DNA of 36,942 nucleotides from Thermoplasmata archaeon. GTDB lineage: Archaea; Thermoplasmatota; SW-10-69-26; JACQPN01; JAJPHT01. Both the position numbers and the translations under genes were made by a program. The notes below the pieces were generated by a model. The model searched no databases. It was not told the origin of the DNA and saw nothing but the letters and a program-made list of their open reading frames with translations. The DNA lies in assembly GCA_034667685.1 (NCBI GenBank), contig JAXDQU010000081.1:1-36942 (forward strand), written 5' to 3'. The stretch's first letter is position 1, and each line of letters starts with the position of its first letter. Shown here one piece after another: positions 11,297 to 20,507 of this stretch.

Positions 11297-12955
11297 ATGA
11301 AGCTCCTCGCGGTCCTCCTGCCGCTGGCCCTCGTCCTTCCCCTGGCGCCCCTGGGCGGCGCCCTCACCGGCGGCGTCGTGGCGCGCGCCGACTCCCTCCC
11401 GCCCCTCGCGGCCCAGGCGACCGACCTGGGCGTCGCGGCGCCCGGCACGCCCGTCTCCGTGGTCGTGGGCCTCGAGCTGCGCAACCGCGCGGACATGGAC
11501 GCGCTGATCCAGCGCCTCGCGGACCCCGCCTCGCCCGACTTCCAGAAGTTCCTGACGCAGGACGAGATCAACGAGCGCTACGGCCCCACGCAGGCGCAGG
11601 CCGACCGCGTCGTCCAGTGGCTCTCCGACGCGGGCTTCCAGAACGTCGTCGCGGCGCCCAACCGCCTGCTCGTCACGGCAGATGGCACCAACGCCAACGT
11701 CGTGAGCGCCTTCGGCGTCCCCCTGCACGACGTGCTCCTGGGCGGCGAGCGCCACGTCTCCATCGTCCAGGCGCCGCTCCTCCCCACCGACGTCTCGGTG
11801 TTCACGACGGGCGTCCTGGGCCTCGACGACCTCACGCGCCTGCACCCGATGCACGCCACGCCGACCCCCGCGCCGGCCCCGCACGACAGCGTGGCGGGCA
11901 ACTGCTGCGCCTTCAGCCCGGTCGACCTCGCGACGTTCTACAACGACCCCAACACCTACACCGGCTCCTCGCAGACGATCGTCATCGCCGGCGCCTACGC
12001 CTGGAAGGACTCGGACAACACCGCGTTCAACAGCGGCTTCGGCATCGCCTCGCTCCCCAGCGGCAGCGGCCAGGTCTGCGCGGCCGCCTCGGGCGCCGCG
12101 TGCGTCTTCGACGCGTCCAACTCCATCGAGGTCGCGCTGGACGTCGAGTACGCGCACGGCACCGCCCCCGCCGCCGTCATCAAGAACTACATGACGAAGA
12201 CGACCGCCATCTCCGACTTCACGACGATGTACAACAAGATCGTCACCGACGACCCCGGCCACTCCGTCACGACGAGCTGGGGCCTCTGCGAGGTCCTCAC
12301 CGGCTCCGGCGTCGTCGCCACCGATGATAGCATCTTCGCGAGCGGCGCCGCCAAGGGTCAGAGCTGGTTCGCGGCCTCGGGCGACTCGGGCGCCTATGAT
12401 TGTGGCGCGCTGGGCGTCCCCGGCGCCCCGGGCGTGGACTACCCCGCGTCCTCCAGCTACATCATGGGCGTCGGCGGCACGACCGCCTCGTGCAGCTCGG
12501 GCATGACCACCTCCTCGCCCAAGTGCGGCGGCTACGGCAGCGAGCTCGCCTGGGCCCAGGGCGGCGGCGGCGTGAGCGCCTACAGCCTGCGCCCCTCGTG
12601 GCAGACCGGCTGCGGCATCCCCGTCACGCAGTCGCACCGCCTCGTCCCCGACGTGGCGCTCGAAGCCGACCCCAACTTCTACGGGAACCTCGTGTACTTC
12701 AACGGCGGCTGGAACTACGTCGGCGGCACCTCCGACGCCTCGCCCCAGTGGGCCGGCTACTTCGCCGAGATCAACCAGAAGAAGGGCGGCACGGGCCTGG
12801 GCCTCCCCGGCGTCCGCCTCTACGGCCTCTGCGGCACGACGGCGTTCCACGACGTCACCGTGGGCTCCAACGGCGTCTACCCCGCCACGAGCGGCTACGA
12901 CATGGCGACGGGCCTGGGCACGATCAACGCCGCGAACATGATCGCGACGTACTGA
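11297..12955 (+). CDS. S53 sedolisin/kumamolisin-like serine-carboxyl protease with signal peptide and prodomain
   Basis: Prodomain (DPASPDFQKFLT...YGP), catalytic EVALD, ASGDSG, GGTSDASP, Ca-binding FHDVTVGSN...GYDMATGLG. Confidence 0.95.
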   Translation: MKLLAVLLPLALVLPLAPLGGALTGGVVARADSLPPLAAQATDLGVAAPGTPVSVVVGLELRNRADMDALIQRLADPASPDFQKFLTQDEINERYGPTQAQADRVVQWLSDAGFQNVVAAPNRLLVTADGTNANVVSAFGVPLHDVLLGGERHVSIVQAPLLPTDVSVFTTGVLGLDDLTRLHPMHATPTPAPAPHDSVAGNCCAFSPVDLATFYNDPNTYTGSSQTIVIAGAYAWKDSDNTAFNSGFGIASLPSGSGQVCAAASGAACVFDASNSIEVALDVEYAHGTAPAAVIKNYMTKTTAISDFTTMYNKIVTDDPGHSVTTSWGLCEVLTGSGVVATDDSIFASGAAKGQSWFAASGDSGAYDCGALGVPGAPGVDYPASSSYIMGVGGTTASCSSGMTTSSPKCGGYGSELAWAQGGGGVSAYSLRPSWQTGCGIPVTQSHRLVPDVALEADPNFYGNLVYFNGGWNYVGGTSDASPQWAGYFAEINQKKGGTGLGLPGVRLYGLCGTTAFHDVTVGSNGVYPATSGYDMATGLGTINAANMIATY

Positions 12956-13010
12956 TGGGGAAAACGCGGGCTATCATCCTCAAGCCCTCGCATGCGCACG
13001 AAGGTCGCGC

Positions 13011-13862
13011 ATGCGAGGCTTGGGCCTGCTCGTCGTCGCTTCCCTTCTGATCACCCCCTTCGCCGCCGCGGTCGCGCTCCCCGTCCAGGACGACGCGGGG
13101 AGCGGCCGCGACGCGAGCGCCCAGGCGCCGGTGCCGGTGCTGGCCGGCGTCTCCTACCGCGGCGCCGTCGAGCACGCCTTCTTCCCTGATGGCGAGGACA
13201 CGTTCTCGTTCGACGCCGCCGCGGGCCAGACGCTCTACCTGGGCGTCCTCTCGGCGGACAACACGTGCTGGACGCTCCTCGAGCCCTCGGGCGCCGCGGC
13301 GGACCTGCAGTGCCTCAACGCGCAGGGGGAGCTCTCCGACCCCACGCCCATCCTGGCCGAATCGGGCACGCACCTGCTGCGCGTGGTCACGCCCGACGTC
13401 GCCACCTACGCCTTCACGTTCACGCTCTCCCGCGACGCGCGCATCCACGTGCCCACGCCCGTCCCCTCGGACGACGCGGGCTCCGGCGCGGACGCGCCCA
13501 ACGTCTGGCCCGACGCGCTTCCCATCCACGCGGGCATCGCCTACCCGGGCGACCTCGACGGGGGCCTCTTCGACAACGCGGACCTCTACTCCTTCGACGT
13601 GGCGGTCGGCCAGGCCATCCACGCGGCGGCGCGCGGCGTGGCGGGATGCTATCAGCTCGTCCGCCCCGACGGCTCCGTCGCGGACGAGACGTGCCCGGTG
13701 GGCGAGACGATCGGCGCGATCGACGCGACGGCCGACGTGGGCGGCGCCTGGAGCGTCGTCTACCGCCTCGCGGCCGGCGGCCTCGTGCGCGAACCGCAGC
13801 GCTACGCCTTCGGCGTGGGCCTCGACGCGCCCGCGCCCGATCTCGGCGCCCTCACGGGTTGA
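13011..13862 (+). CDS. Secreted protein with two tandem PPC-like (pre-peptidase C-terminal) beta domains
   Basis: Signal peptide; internal repeat DDAGSG.DA ... D.(F/Y)SFD.A.GQ ... L..P.G ... YAF occurs twice. Confidence 0.7.
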   Translation: MRGLGLLVVASLLITPFAAAVALPVQDDAGSGRDASAQAPVPVLAGVSYRGAVEHAFFPDGEDTFSFDAAAGQTLYLGVLSADNTCWTLLEPSGAAADLQCLNAQGELSDPTPILAESGTHLLRVVTPDVATYAFTFTLSRDARIHVPTPVPSDDAGSGADAPNVWPDALPIHAGIAYPGDLDGGLFDNADLYSFDVAVGQAIHAAARGVAGCYQLVRPDGSVADETCPVGETIGAIDATADVGGAWSVVYRLAAGGLVREPQRYAFGVGLDAPAPDLGALTG

Positions 13863-14838
13863 GGCGGAGCACCGGCCTCGTCTCGCCCACGAGCCGGCCG
13901 CTCCAGTTCGTGATCGCGGGGCGCCACCAGTCGCCCAGCACCTCGAACGCGCGCCCTTCGAGCCACGCGAGTTGCCGGAGCGCCTCGACCGTCGCGGGCG
14001 CCACGGCGCGGCTCGCGCCATCTTCGACCTTCAGGAGCAGGCCCATACCGGTCGCGGTGTCGCCCACGCCCTGCACGCCCTCCGCGCCGGCCTTCGTCAC
14101 GAGGCGCTCGTCAGCGGCGCCCATGAGGTCGGTGTCGAAGCGCTCGCTCCCGCCCACGTTCTCGGGGTGCGCCATCATCACGTCGCGGAGGCGCGCGAGC
14201 TTTCCCTCGCCCGCCGCCAGCCGCGCGAACATGCGCGCGCCGGCCCGCAAGGGCACCGCGAAGTTGGGCACGCTGCACCCGTCGGTCCCCGTCCGCACCT
14301 CGCTGAGATCAAGGCCGGCGGTGCGCGCCACGGCCGCGAGGATGGCCTGCTGCGCGGGGCTCTTCGGATCGAGGTAGTCCGCGGGGTCGGCGCCCAGGTG
14401 CTTCTGGAGCGCCATCATGCCGGCGTGCTTGCCGCTGCAGTTGTGGTTCTTCGGCGTGGGCTTCCCGCCCGCGAGCCCCTCCTTCGCCGCCTTGCTCCAG
14501 AGCGGGTGCGTCCCGCATCGGAGGAGGTCGGCGCTCACGCCCGCCTTCGCGAAGATGCCTTCCACGACGCGCACGTGCCGCGGCTCGCCCCCGTGGCTCC
14601 CGCAGCAGAGCGCCAACTCCTCCTGGGTAAGTCCGAACGCATCGGCCGCGCCCGACTCCACGAGCGGCAACGCCTGGAACGGCTTCGCGGCGCTGCGCAG
14701 GAACGTGACGAAGTCCGGATCGCCCACGTGCTGCACGAGGTTTCCTTGGACGTCCACGACGGCGACGTGGACGCGGTGGACGCTCTCGGTCGTGCCGCCG
14801 CGCGTGAGCTCGACGCCGATGGGTGCCCCGGTCTGCAT
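13852..14838 (-). CDS. L-asparaginase II (Rhizobium etli AnsA-type)
   Basis: TRGGTTESVH, RSAAKPFQA, SHGGE, HNCSGKHAG, DGC, KAGAEG. Confidence 0.92.
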   Translation of the reverse strand: MQTGAPIGVELTRGGTTESVHRVHVAVVDVQGNLVQHVGDPDFVTFLRSAAKPFQALPLVESGAADAFGLTQEELALCCGSHGGEPRHVRVVEGIFAKAGVSADLLRCGTHPLWSKAAKEGLAGGKPTPKNHNCSGKHAGMMALQKHLGADPADYLDPKSPAQQAILAAVARTAGLDLSEVRTGTDGCSVPNFAVPLRAGARMFARLAAGEGKLARLRDVMMAHPENVGGSERFDTDLMGAADERLVTKAGAEGVQGVGDTATGMGLLLKVEDGASRAVAPATVEALRQLAWLEGRAFEVLGDWWRPAITNWSGRLVGETRPVLRLNP

Positions 14839-14876
14839 GGCGGCGCGACGTCTGGCTCCGGGCATCAGGATTGTGC

Positions 14877-15233
14877 TCACGACACCATCGCGCTCTCCAC
14901 GAACGCCTGGCCCGCGTAGCGGATGTAGGTCATGTTCACCACGCCCTGCCGCTGCGCCGCCGCCTGCAGGACCGCGAAGTAGGCCGTCTCCTCCTCGCGC
15001 GTCACCGTGAAGTTCGCCGAGCCACGCGCCGCGGCCTCCGCCCATGCCGCCGCCGCCACGCGGGGCATCTTCGCGACGTCGTCGGGCGTGATCTCGAACG
15101 TCTGGTTGGGATCGGAGCGGAGGGCCGTGTCGAGGTAGTACGTACGCGGCTCGTCGTTGCCACCCCGAGACGTGCAGCCGGCCAGCCCCGGAGCCAAGAG
15201 GAGGGCAACGATGAGCACGCGCGCGTCGCTCAT
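14877..15233 (-). CDS. Putative lipoprotein (118 aa)
   Basis: MSDARVLIVALLLAPGLAGC lipobox; ATGA coupling with upstream metalloprotease. Confidence 0.75.
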   Translation of the reverse strand: MSDARVLIVALLLAPGLAGCTSRGGNDEPRTYYLDTALRSDPNQTFEITPDDVAKMPRVAAAAWAEAAARGSANFTVTREEETAYFAVLQAAAQRQGVVNMTYIRYAGQAFVESAMVS

Positions 15234-16447
15234 CGCATCCTCGGCACGCCGTAGCCGTTGACCAGCGAGATCGTGCCCGAGGTACGCCAAACCCCGCGGC
15301 AGGATGGGGACGCGCTGGCGATCATGAGATTGTAGGTGTCGAAGAACAGGCAATCGCCGTTTCCAGGGTGGCCGTACTCGCCAGCGTTGTGCGTCAACTC
15401 GTGGGCGGCGCCCTTGCCAACCTGGTCGGGACTGCTGGGATCGTACACGTCGGAGGTATAGAGATCGACCGCCTCGATCGCGTGCACGGCGCTCTTCATC
15501 GCGAATACGTCCGTGTATCCTTGGAGGCAGCCGGAGGTTTGGCTTTGGCATTGGACCTTCGCGCAACCACTGATGTCCGGCGCTCCATCGTACCCATGCC
15601 AGAGCCCATACGCGTTCACGCCGCGCTCGTTCATGAACTGGACAAAGTTCATGAAATTGCCCAGGCCGAGGTCGAGGCCTCCGCACGAGCCCGCCTGAGA
15701 TGCGTAGTTCGTGCCCAACGCCCAGTAGTTCGCGAGATTGATCGCGACCGACGTTTCGCACGCCCACATGTCGGAGGCGTAGAGATAGGCGTTCATCATG
15801 CGGTTGGCCCAGTCGGGGGTCGAGCTTTGGAACGAAGGCTCGGCGGCCGGCTGCACGATGAGCGTGTGCGTCCTCGCGCAAGCGGCGCTGCTGGCGCTTG
15901 GCACGGGGTTTGGCAATGGGGACGCCGCGAAGGACGCGGAGAGCGTGGGGGCCGCGGCATCGTGCTCGACGCGTTCCACGACGCGTGCCGACGTCCAACT
16001 CTCGGGGTGGAAGGCATACTGCGTGCCCCGGTACGTCAGGACGCCATAGAGCCCCTCGGGGGCGATCGTGAACTCGGCGCGCTCGCCAGAGTTGGCAACG
16101 GTGCCAAGGTACGTGCGGGCGAGGATGCGTTCGCGCCTCAGCTCATGGCCTTGGGCATCGAGATAGATGATGGAATCGTCACCTGGCCGCATGATGGGGT
16201 GCTCATGCAGGCTCACCTCGACGTGGTTGAGGTCGTCGAGGGGGAGCGCCAACGTGACGTCCGCGCCGAGGCCGGCAAGGAGCGGCCTCGGATCGAGATC
16301 GTAACGGTACACGACGCGGCTCGCGCTCGAAGACGCGATCGAATCCCCGAGCAGCACGCCTTGCGATTCGACTGCGGGGGCCGGCGCGGCGAGAGCGATC
16401 GCGAGCAAGGCGGCAAGGAGAACGAAGGCGCATCCTGCGACGTGCAT
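15230..16447 (-). CDS. Secreted metzincin (reprolysin/M12B-like) zinc metalloprotease with prodomain
   Basis: Signal peptide, prodomain-like RTYLGTV, HELTHNAGEYGH zinc motif followed by YNLM Met-turn; Cys-rich; visibly lower GC. Confidence 0.75.
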   Translation of the reverse strand: MHVAGCAFVLLAALLAIALAAPAPAVESQGVLLGDSIASSSASRVVYRYDLDPRPLLAGLGADVTLALPLDDLNHVEVSLHEHPIMRPGDDSIIYLDAQGHELRRERILARTYLGTVANSGERAEFTIAPEGLYGVLTYRGTQYAFHPESWTSARVVERVEHDAAAPTLSASFAASPLPNPVPSASSAACARTHTLIVQPAAEPSFQSSTPDWANRMMNAYLYASDMWACETSVAINLANYWALGTNYASQAGSCGGLDLGLGNFMNFVQFMNERGVNAYGLWHGYDGAPDISGCAKVQCQSQTSGCLQGYTDVFAMKSAVHAIEAVDLYTSDVYDPSSPDQVGKGAAHELTHNAGEYGHPGNGDCLFFDTYNLMIASASPSCRGVWRTSGTISLVNGYGVPRMR

Positions 16448-16548
16448 GGAGCTCGCGCCATCGAGCAGCGTGATGAGCATATGGGTTTCCGTTACGCGGT
16501 GCGCGGCGCAAGAATCCACCCACGTGGCCGCCTGACCGCTTCGGTGCC

Positions 16549-17334
16549 CTAGCGCGACTGCCTGAACCGCGGCGCCCGCTTCTCGCGGAACGCCCGCGCT
16601 CCTTCGGCGAAGTCGGCGGTGGCGCCCGACTCCGAGTTCAACCGTCGCTCCAACGCAAGCTGCTGCGCGACGTCGTTCGAGGTGGTCTCGGCGAGCAGCT
16701 TCTTCGCGGCGGCGAGCGCGAAGGGCGGTCCTTGCGCGAGGGCGGAGGCCTCCTCCAGCGCGCGGCGCATCAGCGCGGCCGCGGGCGCGACCTCGTGGAC
16801 GAGCCCGAGCGCCATCGCCTCCTGCGCGTCGACGACGCGGTCGTGGTAGAGCAGCTCCTGCGCGCGCGTGAAGCCGACGAGCCGCGGCAGGAGCCACGTG
16901 GAGCCGCCGTCGGGCGCGACGCCCAGGCGGAAGTACGCGGGCTTGAAGCGCGCGGCCTCGGAGGCGATCCTGATATCACCGCACAGCGCGAGGCCGAAGC
17001 CGCCGCCCGCCGCCACGCCGTTCACCGCGCAGACGACGGGCTTGGGTCCTTCGACCAGCAGGCGGACGATGGCGTGGTGCTCGGCGGTCAGGTCGAGGAA
17101 GTGGTCGTGCGCGCGGGCGAGGTTCGCGTCCATCTCGGCCACGTCGCCCCCGCTGCAGAACGCCGAGCCCGCGCCCGTGAGCACGATGGCGCCCACGGCC
17201 GGCTCGTGCACGAGGTCGCCCAGCGCCGCGCGCAGATCGCGCGCCATCGCGAGGGTGAACGCGTTGTAGACGGGGGGCCGGTTGAGCGTGACGATGGCGA
17301 CGGCGCCCTCGCGGCGCGTCTCGACGTCGGGCAT
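16549..17334 (-). CDS. Enoyl-CoA hydratase/isomerase (PaaG-like crotonase)
   Basis: TLNRPPVYNA, AFCSGGD, NGVAAGGGFGLALCGD, GVAPDGGSTW, DFAEGARAFREKRAPRF. Confidence 0.93.
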   Translation of the reverse strand: MPDVETRREGAVAIVTLNRPPVYNAFTLAMARDLRAALGDLVHEPAVGAIVLTGAGSAFCSGGDVAEMDANLARAHDHFLDLTAEHHAIVRLLVEGPKPVVCAVNGVAAGGGFGLALCGDIRIASEAARFKPAYFRLGVAPDGGSTWLLPRLVGFTRAQELLYHDRVVDAQEAMALGLVHEVAPAAALMRRALEEASALAQGPPFALAAAKKLLAETTSNDVAQQLALERRLNSESGATADFAEGARAFREKRAPRFRQSR

Positions 17335-17444
17335 CGCAGCGCGAAACCGCCCGCGGCGCTTGAACTCCTTCATCCCCCTTGCGCTCCGCCGGAGTCGGCC
17401 CTGGGATGAGTCGTGATGGCCTTCCGCGGAGGGGACATGGGAGC

Positions 17445-18032
17445 ATGGCTGCCGCGCAGGGCGCGATGCAGGCCGCGCCGCGGCCGCAGGTCACGCCGAC
17501 GATCAAGGGCATCTTCGTCAACAGCCACGTCCAGGCGGTGCGCCGCCAGAAGGGGCCCGAGGGGCTCGCGCGCCTGGAGGCGGCGATGGGCCGGTCGCTC
17601 GACTTCGGCGACTTCGACGACGTGCCGATCCGCGAGGAGGTGCGCCTCATCGAGGCGGCCAACGACATCCTGCGCGAGGCGCCCCTCCCGGAGCGCGAGC
17701 GCGCCTTCGAGGGCGGCCGGTTGCACTTCCGCAACTTCAAGGGGACGCCGATCGCACGCATGATGTTCGCCGTCTTCCCGCGCAACTACCGCTACCTCAT
17801 CCTGCACACGCCCTCGATCGCGCAGCGGGTGTTCAAGGGCGTCGCGTTCGAGGCGCGCGAGGTCGGGCCCCGCGCCCTGGAGGTCGTGATGGGGAACAAC
17901 GACTACCCGCTCGACCACTTCCGCGGCCTCTTCCAGGAGTGGATGGACGACTTCGGCTACCACGGCGTCGTCGAGGGCCACGAGAGCGGCCCCGCGCAGT
18001 ACACCTACATCATGCGCTGGACGGACCCATGA
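17445..18032 (+). CDS. DUF2378 / TIGR02265-like protein (start could be 17466)
   Basis: TIKGIFVNS N-terminal motif, DFDDVP, G...F..F..TPIAR, YPLDHFRGLFQ, terminal YIMRW. Confidence 0.7.
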   Translation: MAAAQGAMQAAPRPQVTPTIKGIFVNSHVQAVRRQKGPEGLARLEAAMGRSLDFGDFDDVPIREEVRLIEAANDILREAPLPERERAFEGGRLHFRNFKGTPIARMMFAVFPRNYRYLILHTPSIAQRVFKGVAFEAREVGPRALEVVMGNNDYPLDHFRGLFQEWMDDFGYHGVVEGHESGPAQYTYIMRWTDP

Positions 18033-18397
18033 GCGCCTCCGTCCTGGGCGTCGCGACGGGCTTCCGCGAGGAGGGCGACACGCTCGTGTACCTCACCTCG
18101 CCCGTGCCCGACGTCTCGCACGACACGGCGTGGTTCTTCGACGAGATCGGCAAGCGCGGCCAGCGCAAGCTGCTCATCGACATGCGCGGAAGCGGCGCGG
18201 TCACGCAAGGGTTCCGCACCGTCGTCTACAAGCGCCACCACGAGCTGGACGCCCACCGCATCGCGGTGCTGGGCAACAGCCGCTTCCAGGAGTTCGTCGT
18301 CTCGTTCCTGCTCGCCGCGACGGGGCACGCGGGCGCGCGCTACTTCCACGAGGAGGCGGCGGCGCGGGCGTGGCTGCGCGAGGAGCGGCATGGCTGA
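18029..18397 (+). CDS. STAS/SEC14 (SpoIIAA-like) domain protein
   Basis: LLIDMR, IAVLG, RYFHEEAAARAWL C-terminal signature; ATGA coupling. Confidence 0.75.
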   Translation: MSASVLGVATGFREEGDTLVYLTSPVPDVSHDTAWFFDEIGKRGQRKLLIDMRGSGAVTQGFRTVVYKRHHELDAHRIAVLGNSRFQEFVVSFLLAATGHAGARYFHEEAAARAWLREERHG

Positions 18398-19409
18398 ACC
18401 TGGCGCCGAACTGCGGTTCGGCTCATCCTCCCCTGGCGGGTCGGACGACCGCGAGACGCGCGTGGCGGAGCTCGTGCGCATCCTCGCGAAGGTGGCCGCC
18501 GGCGACTTCAGCGAGAAGCCCGAGATCATCGAGGTCGACGACGAGGTGGGCAGGTTCGGCCTCGCCGTGCGCTTCATGCTCGACGACCTGGAGGCCGCGC
18601 ACACCGAAGGCGAGCAGCGGCGCGTGGAGCTGGAGACGGCCAACGCGCGGCTGCGCGAGCTCTCCGAGATGAAGACGCGCTTCATCAACGCCGCGGCGCA
18701 CGAGCTGAACACGCCGCTGACCCCCATCCGCATCCAGCTCCACCTCCTGCAGGGGGGAAAGCTGGGCGCGCTCAACGAGAAGCAGCGCGCCTCGGTCGAG
18801 GTGCTCGGGCGCAACCTGGAGCGGCTGAGCCTCCTCGTGGGCGACGTGCTCGACGCCGCGCGCGTCCAGACGGAGCACATGCGCATCACGCCGCGCGTGG
18901 CGGACCTCGCGCACCTCGTCCGCGAGGCCGTCGAGACCACGCGCCCGCAGGCCGAGGCCGTCGGCGTGGCGCTCCACCTCGACGTCGAAGGCGACGAGCT
19001 GATCCTCCTCGACGCGCACCGCGTCACGCAGGTCATGGTCAACCTCCTCTCCAACGCGCTCAAGTTCACGCCGCGCGGCGGAAGCGTCCGCGTCACCCTC
19101 GCGCGCACGCGCACCGAGGCGCGCGTCAGCGTCTCCGACACCGGCGCGGGCCTCACGCAGGCGCAGCGCGACCGGCTCTTCGTCCCCTTCTCGCAGGTCC
19201 ACGACCCGCAGCGCCACAACACGGGCGGCACCGGGCTGGGCCTCTTCATCTCGCGCGGCATCCTCGAGCAGCACCAGGGGCGCCTCTGGTGCGAGAGCGA
19301 AGGGCCGGGCCGCGGCGCCACGTTCGCCTTCGCGCTGCCCCGCCTCGCCGTGGCGCCGCGGGGCGAGGGCGCCGACGCGCCACCGCACGCCGAGCGCGTC
19401 TCCACCTAG
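18390..19409 (+). CDS. Cytoplasmic sensor histidine kinase (HAMP-like + HisKA + HATPase)
   Basis: H-box AAHELNTPL, N-box NLLSNALKFT, G1 DTGAG, F-box LFVPF, G2 GTGLGL; no TM segment. Confidence 0.95.
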   Translation: MAEPGAELRFGSSSPGGSDDRETRVAELVRILAKVAAGDFSEKPEIIEVDDEVGRFGLAVRFMLDDLEAAHTEGEQRRVELETANARLRELSEMKTRFINAAAHELNTPLTPIRIQLHLLQGGKLGALNEKQRASVEVLGRNLERLSLLVGDVLDAARVQTEHMRITPRVADLAHLVREAVETTRPQAEAVGVALHLDVEGDELILLDAHRVTQVMVNLLSNALKFTPRGGSVRVTLARTRTEARVSVSDTGAGLTQAQRDRLFVPFSQVHDPQRHNTGGTGLGLFISRGILEQHQGRLWCESEGPGRGATFAFALPRLAVAPRGEGADAPPHAERVST

Positions 19410-19912
19410 AGCCGGATCCACCAGAAGCTCGCCGCGCGCCAGACGCCCGCGGGCCGCTCGGACCAGGCGGGGATCGCGCCGGCGCGCGTGAAGCCCGCCC
19501 CCGCGTAGAGCCGCTCCGCGCCTTCGCCTTCGGTGGTGCAGAGCCACACCGTCGAGCGCCCCGCTCGCCTCGCCTCGGCCAGCGCCGCCGCGACCAGCCG
19601 CGCGCCCAGCCCGCGCCCGCGCCGGTCGACGCGCACCATGAGCTTCACCAGCTCCGCGCGGTGCCGCGCGTTCTGCGCCTGCGCGAGGTCGAGCTGCACG
19701 GACCCCACGACCGCGCCCGCCTCGCGGGCCACGAGCACGATGCGCTTCGGGTCGCGCGCCCAGCCGCGCCAGGCTGCGAGCGCCTCCTCATGCGCGGGCA
19801 CGTCGCGGAAGCCCAACGCCGCGCCGCTTGCGACCGCCTCCACGAGCAGGTCCGCCAACGGCGGGAGCGCCGCGTCCCACGCCAGGCCTTCGAGGCGCGC
19901 GATCTCCTGCAT
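19406..19912 (-). CDS. GNAT acetyltransferase
   Basis: VVGSVQL, NARHRAELVKLMV, RGRGLG, AERLY...GF. Confidence 0.9.
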   Translation of the reverse strand: MQEIARLEGLAWDAALPPLADLLVEAVASGAALGFRDVPAHEEALAAWRGWARDPKRIVLVAREAGAVVGSVQLDLAQAQNARHRAELVKLMVRVDRRGRGLGARLVAAALAEARRAGRSTVWLCTTEGEGAERLYAGAGFTRAGAIPAWSERPAGVWRAASFWWIRL

Positions 19913-19961
19913 GGGCGTTGGAGCCGCCCTTCCCGCTTGGATGCATCGTCCCGCGCTTCGC

Positions 19962-20042
19962 CTCCAGCCACGGAGGACACAGAGGACACAGAGGCGAGTT
20001 TCCCTCATCCCTCTGTGCCCTCTGTGTCCTCTGTGGCTGGAG
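19962..20042. repeat. Palindromic element built from 9-nt CACAGAGGA units (33-bp stem, 15-nt loop)
   Basis: 19962-19994 is the reverse complement of 20010-20042 with 2 mismatches; intergenic. Confidence 0.9.
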
Positions 20043-20084
20043 TGGAGCCGGAAGACCGATCCGGGACGGCGCGTTTGCCTGGAC

Positions 20085-20447
20085 ATGGCCACGCCCGCCT
20101 CGCCGCAGAACCTCGCCTACGTCCTCGTCTCGACCATGAACGACGTGCCCGGCTACGAGATCGTCACGGTGCACGGCGAGGTCTTCGGCCTCATCGTCCG
20201 CGCTCGCAACGTCTTCTCCAACGTCGGGGCCGGCTTCCGCACCATCTTCGGGGGCGAGGCGAAGGGATACACGGAGCTGCTCAGCGACAGCCGCAACCAG
20301 GCCATCCAGCGGCTGCGCGAGGCCGCCGTCGCGCGCGGGGCCAACGCGGTCATCGCGACCCGGTTCGACTGCAACGAGATCGCCGACATCATGAGCGAGG
20401 TCGCGGCCTACGGGACGGCCGTGACGATTCGGCCCAAGGGCAGTTGA
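20085..20447 (+). CDS. ybjQ: YbjQ/UPF0145 family protein
   Basis: TMNDVPGYEI, GEVFG, IFGGE..GYTELL..SR..A, GANAV, AYGTAV. Confidence 0.93.
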   Translation: MATPASPQNLAYVLVSTMNDVPGYEIVTVHGEVFGLIVRARNVFSNVGAGFRTIFGGEAKGYTELLSDSRNQAIQRLREAAVARGANAVIATRFDCNEIADIMSEVAAYGTAVTIRPKGS

Positions 20448-20507
20448 ACAAGAGGTTGCCGAGAAAAGGTATAGCCAACCGGGCACCTCCGAGGCCGGGG
20501 GAGCCCC

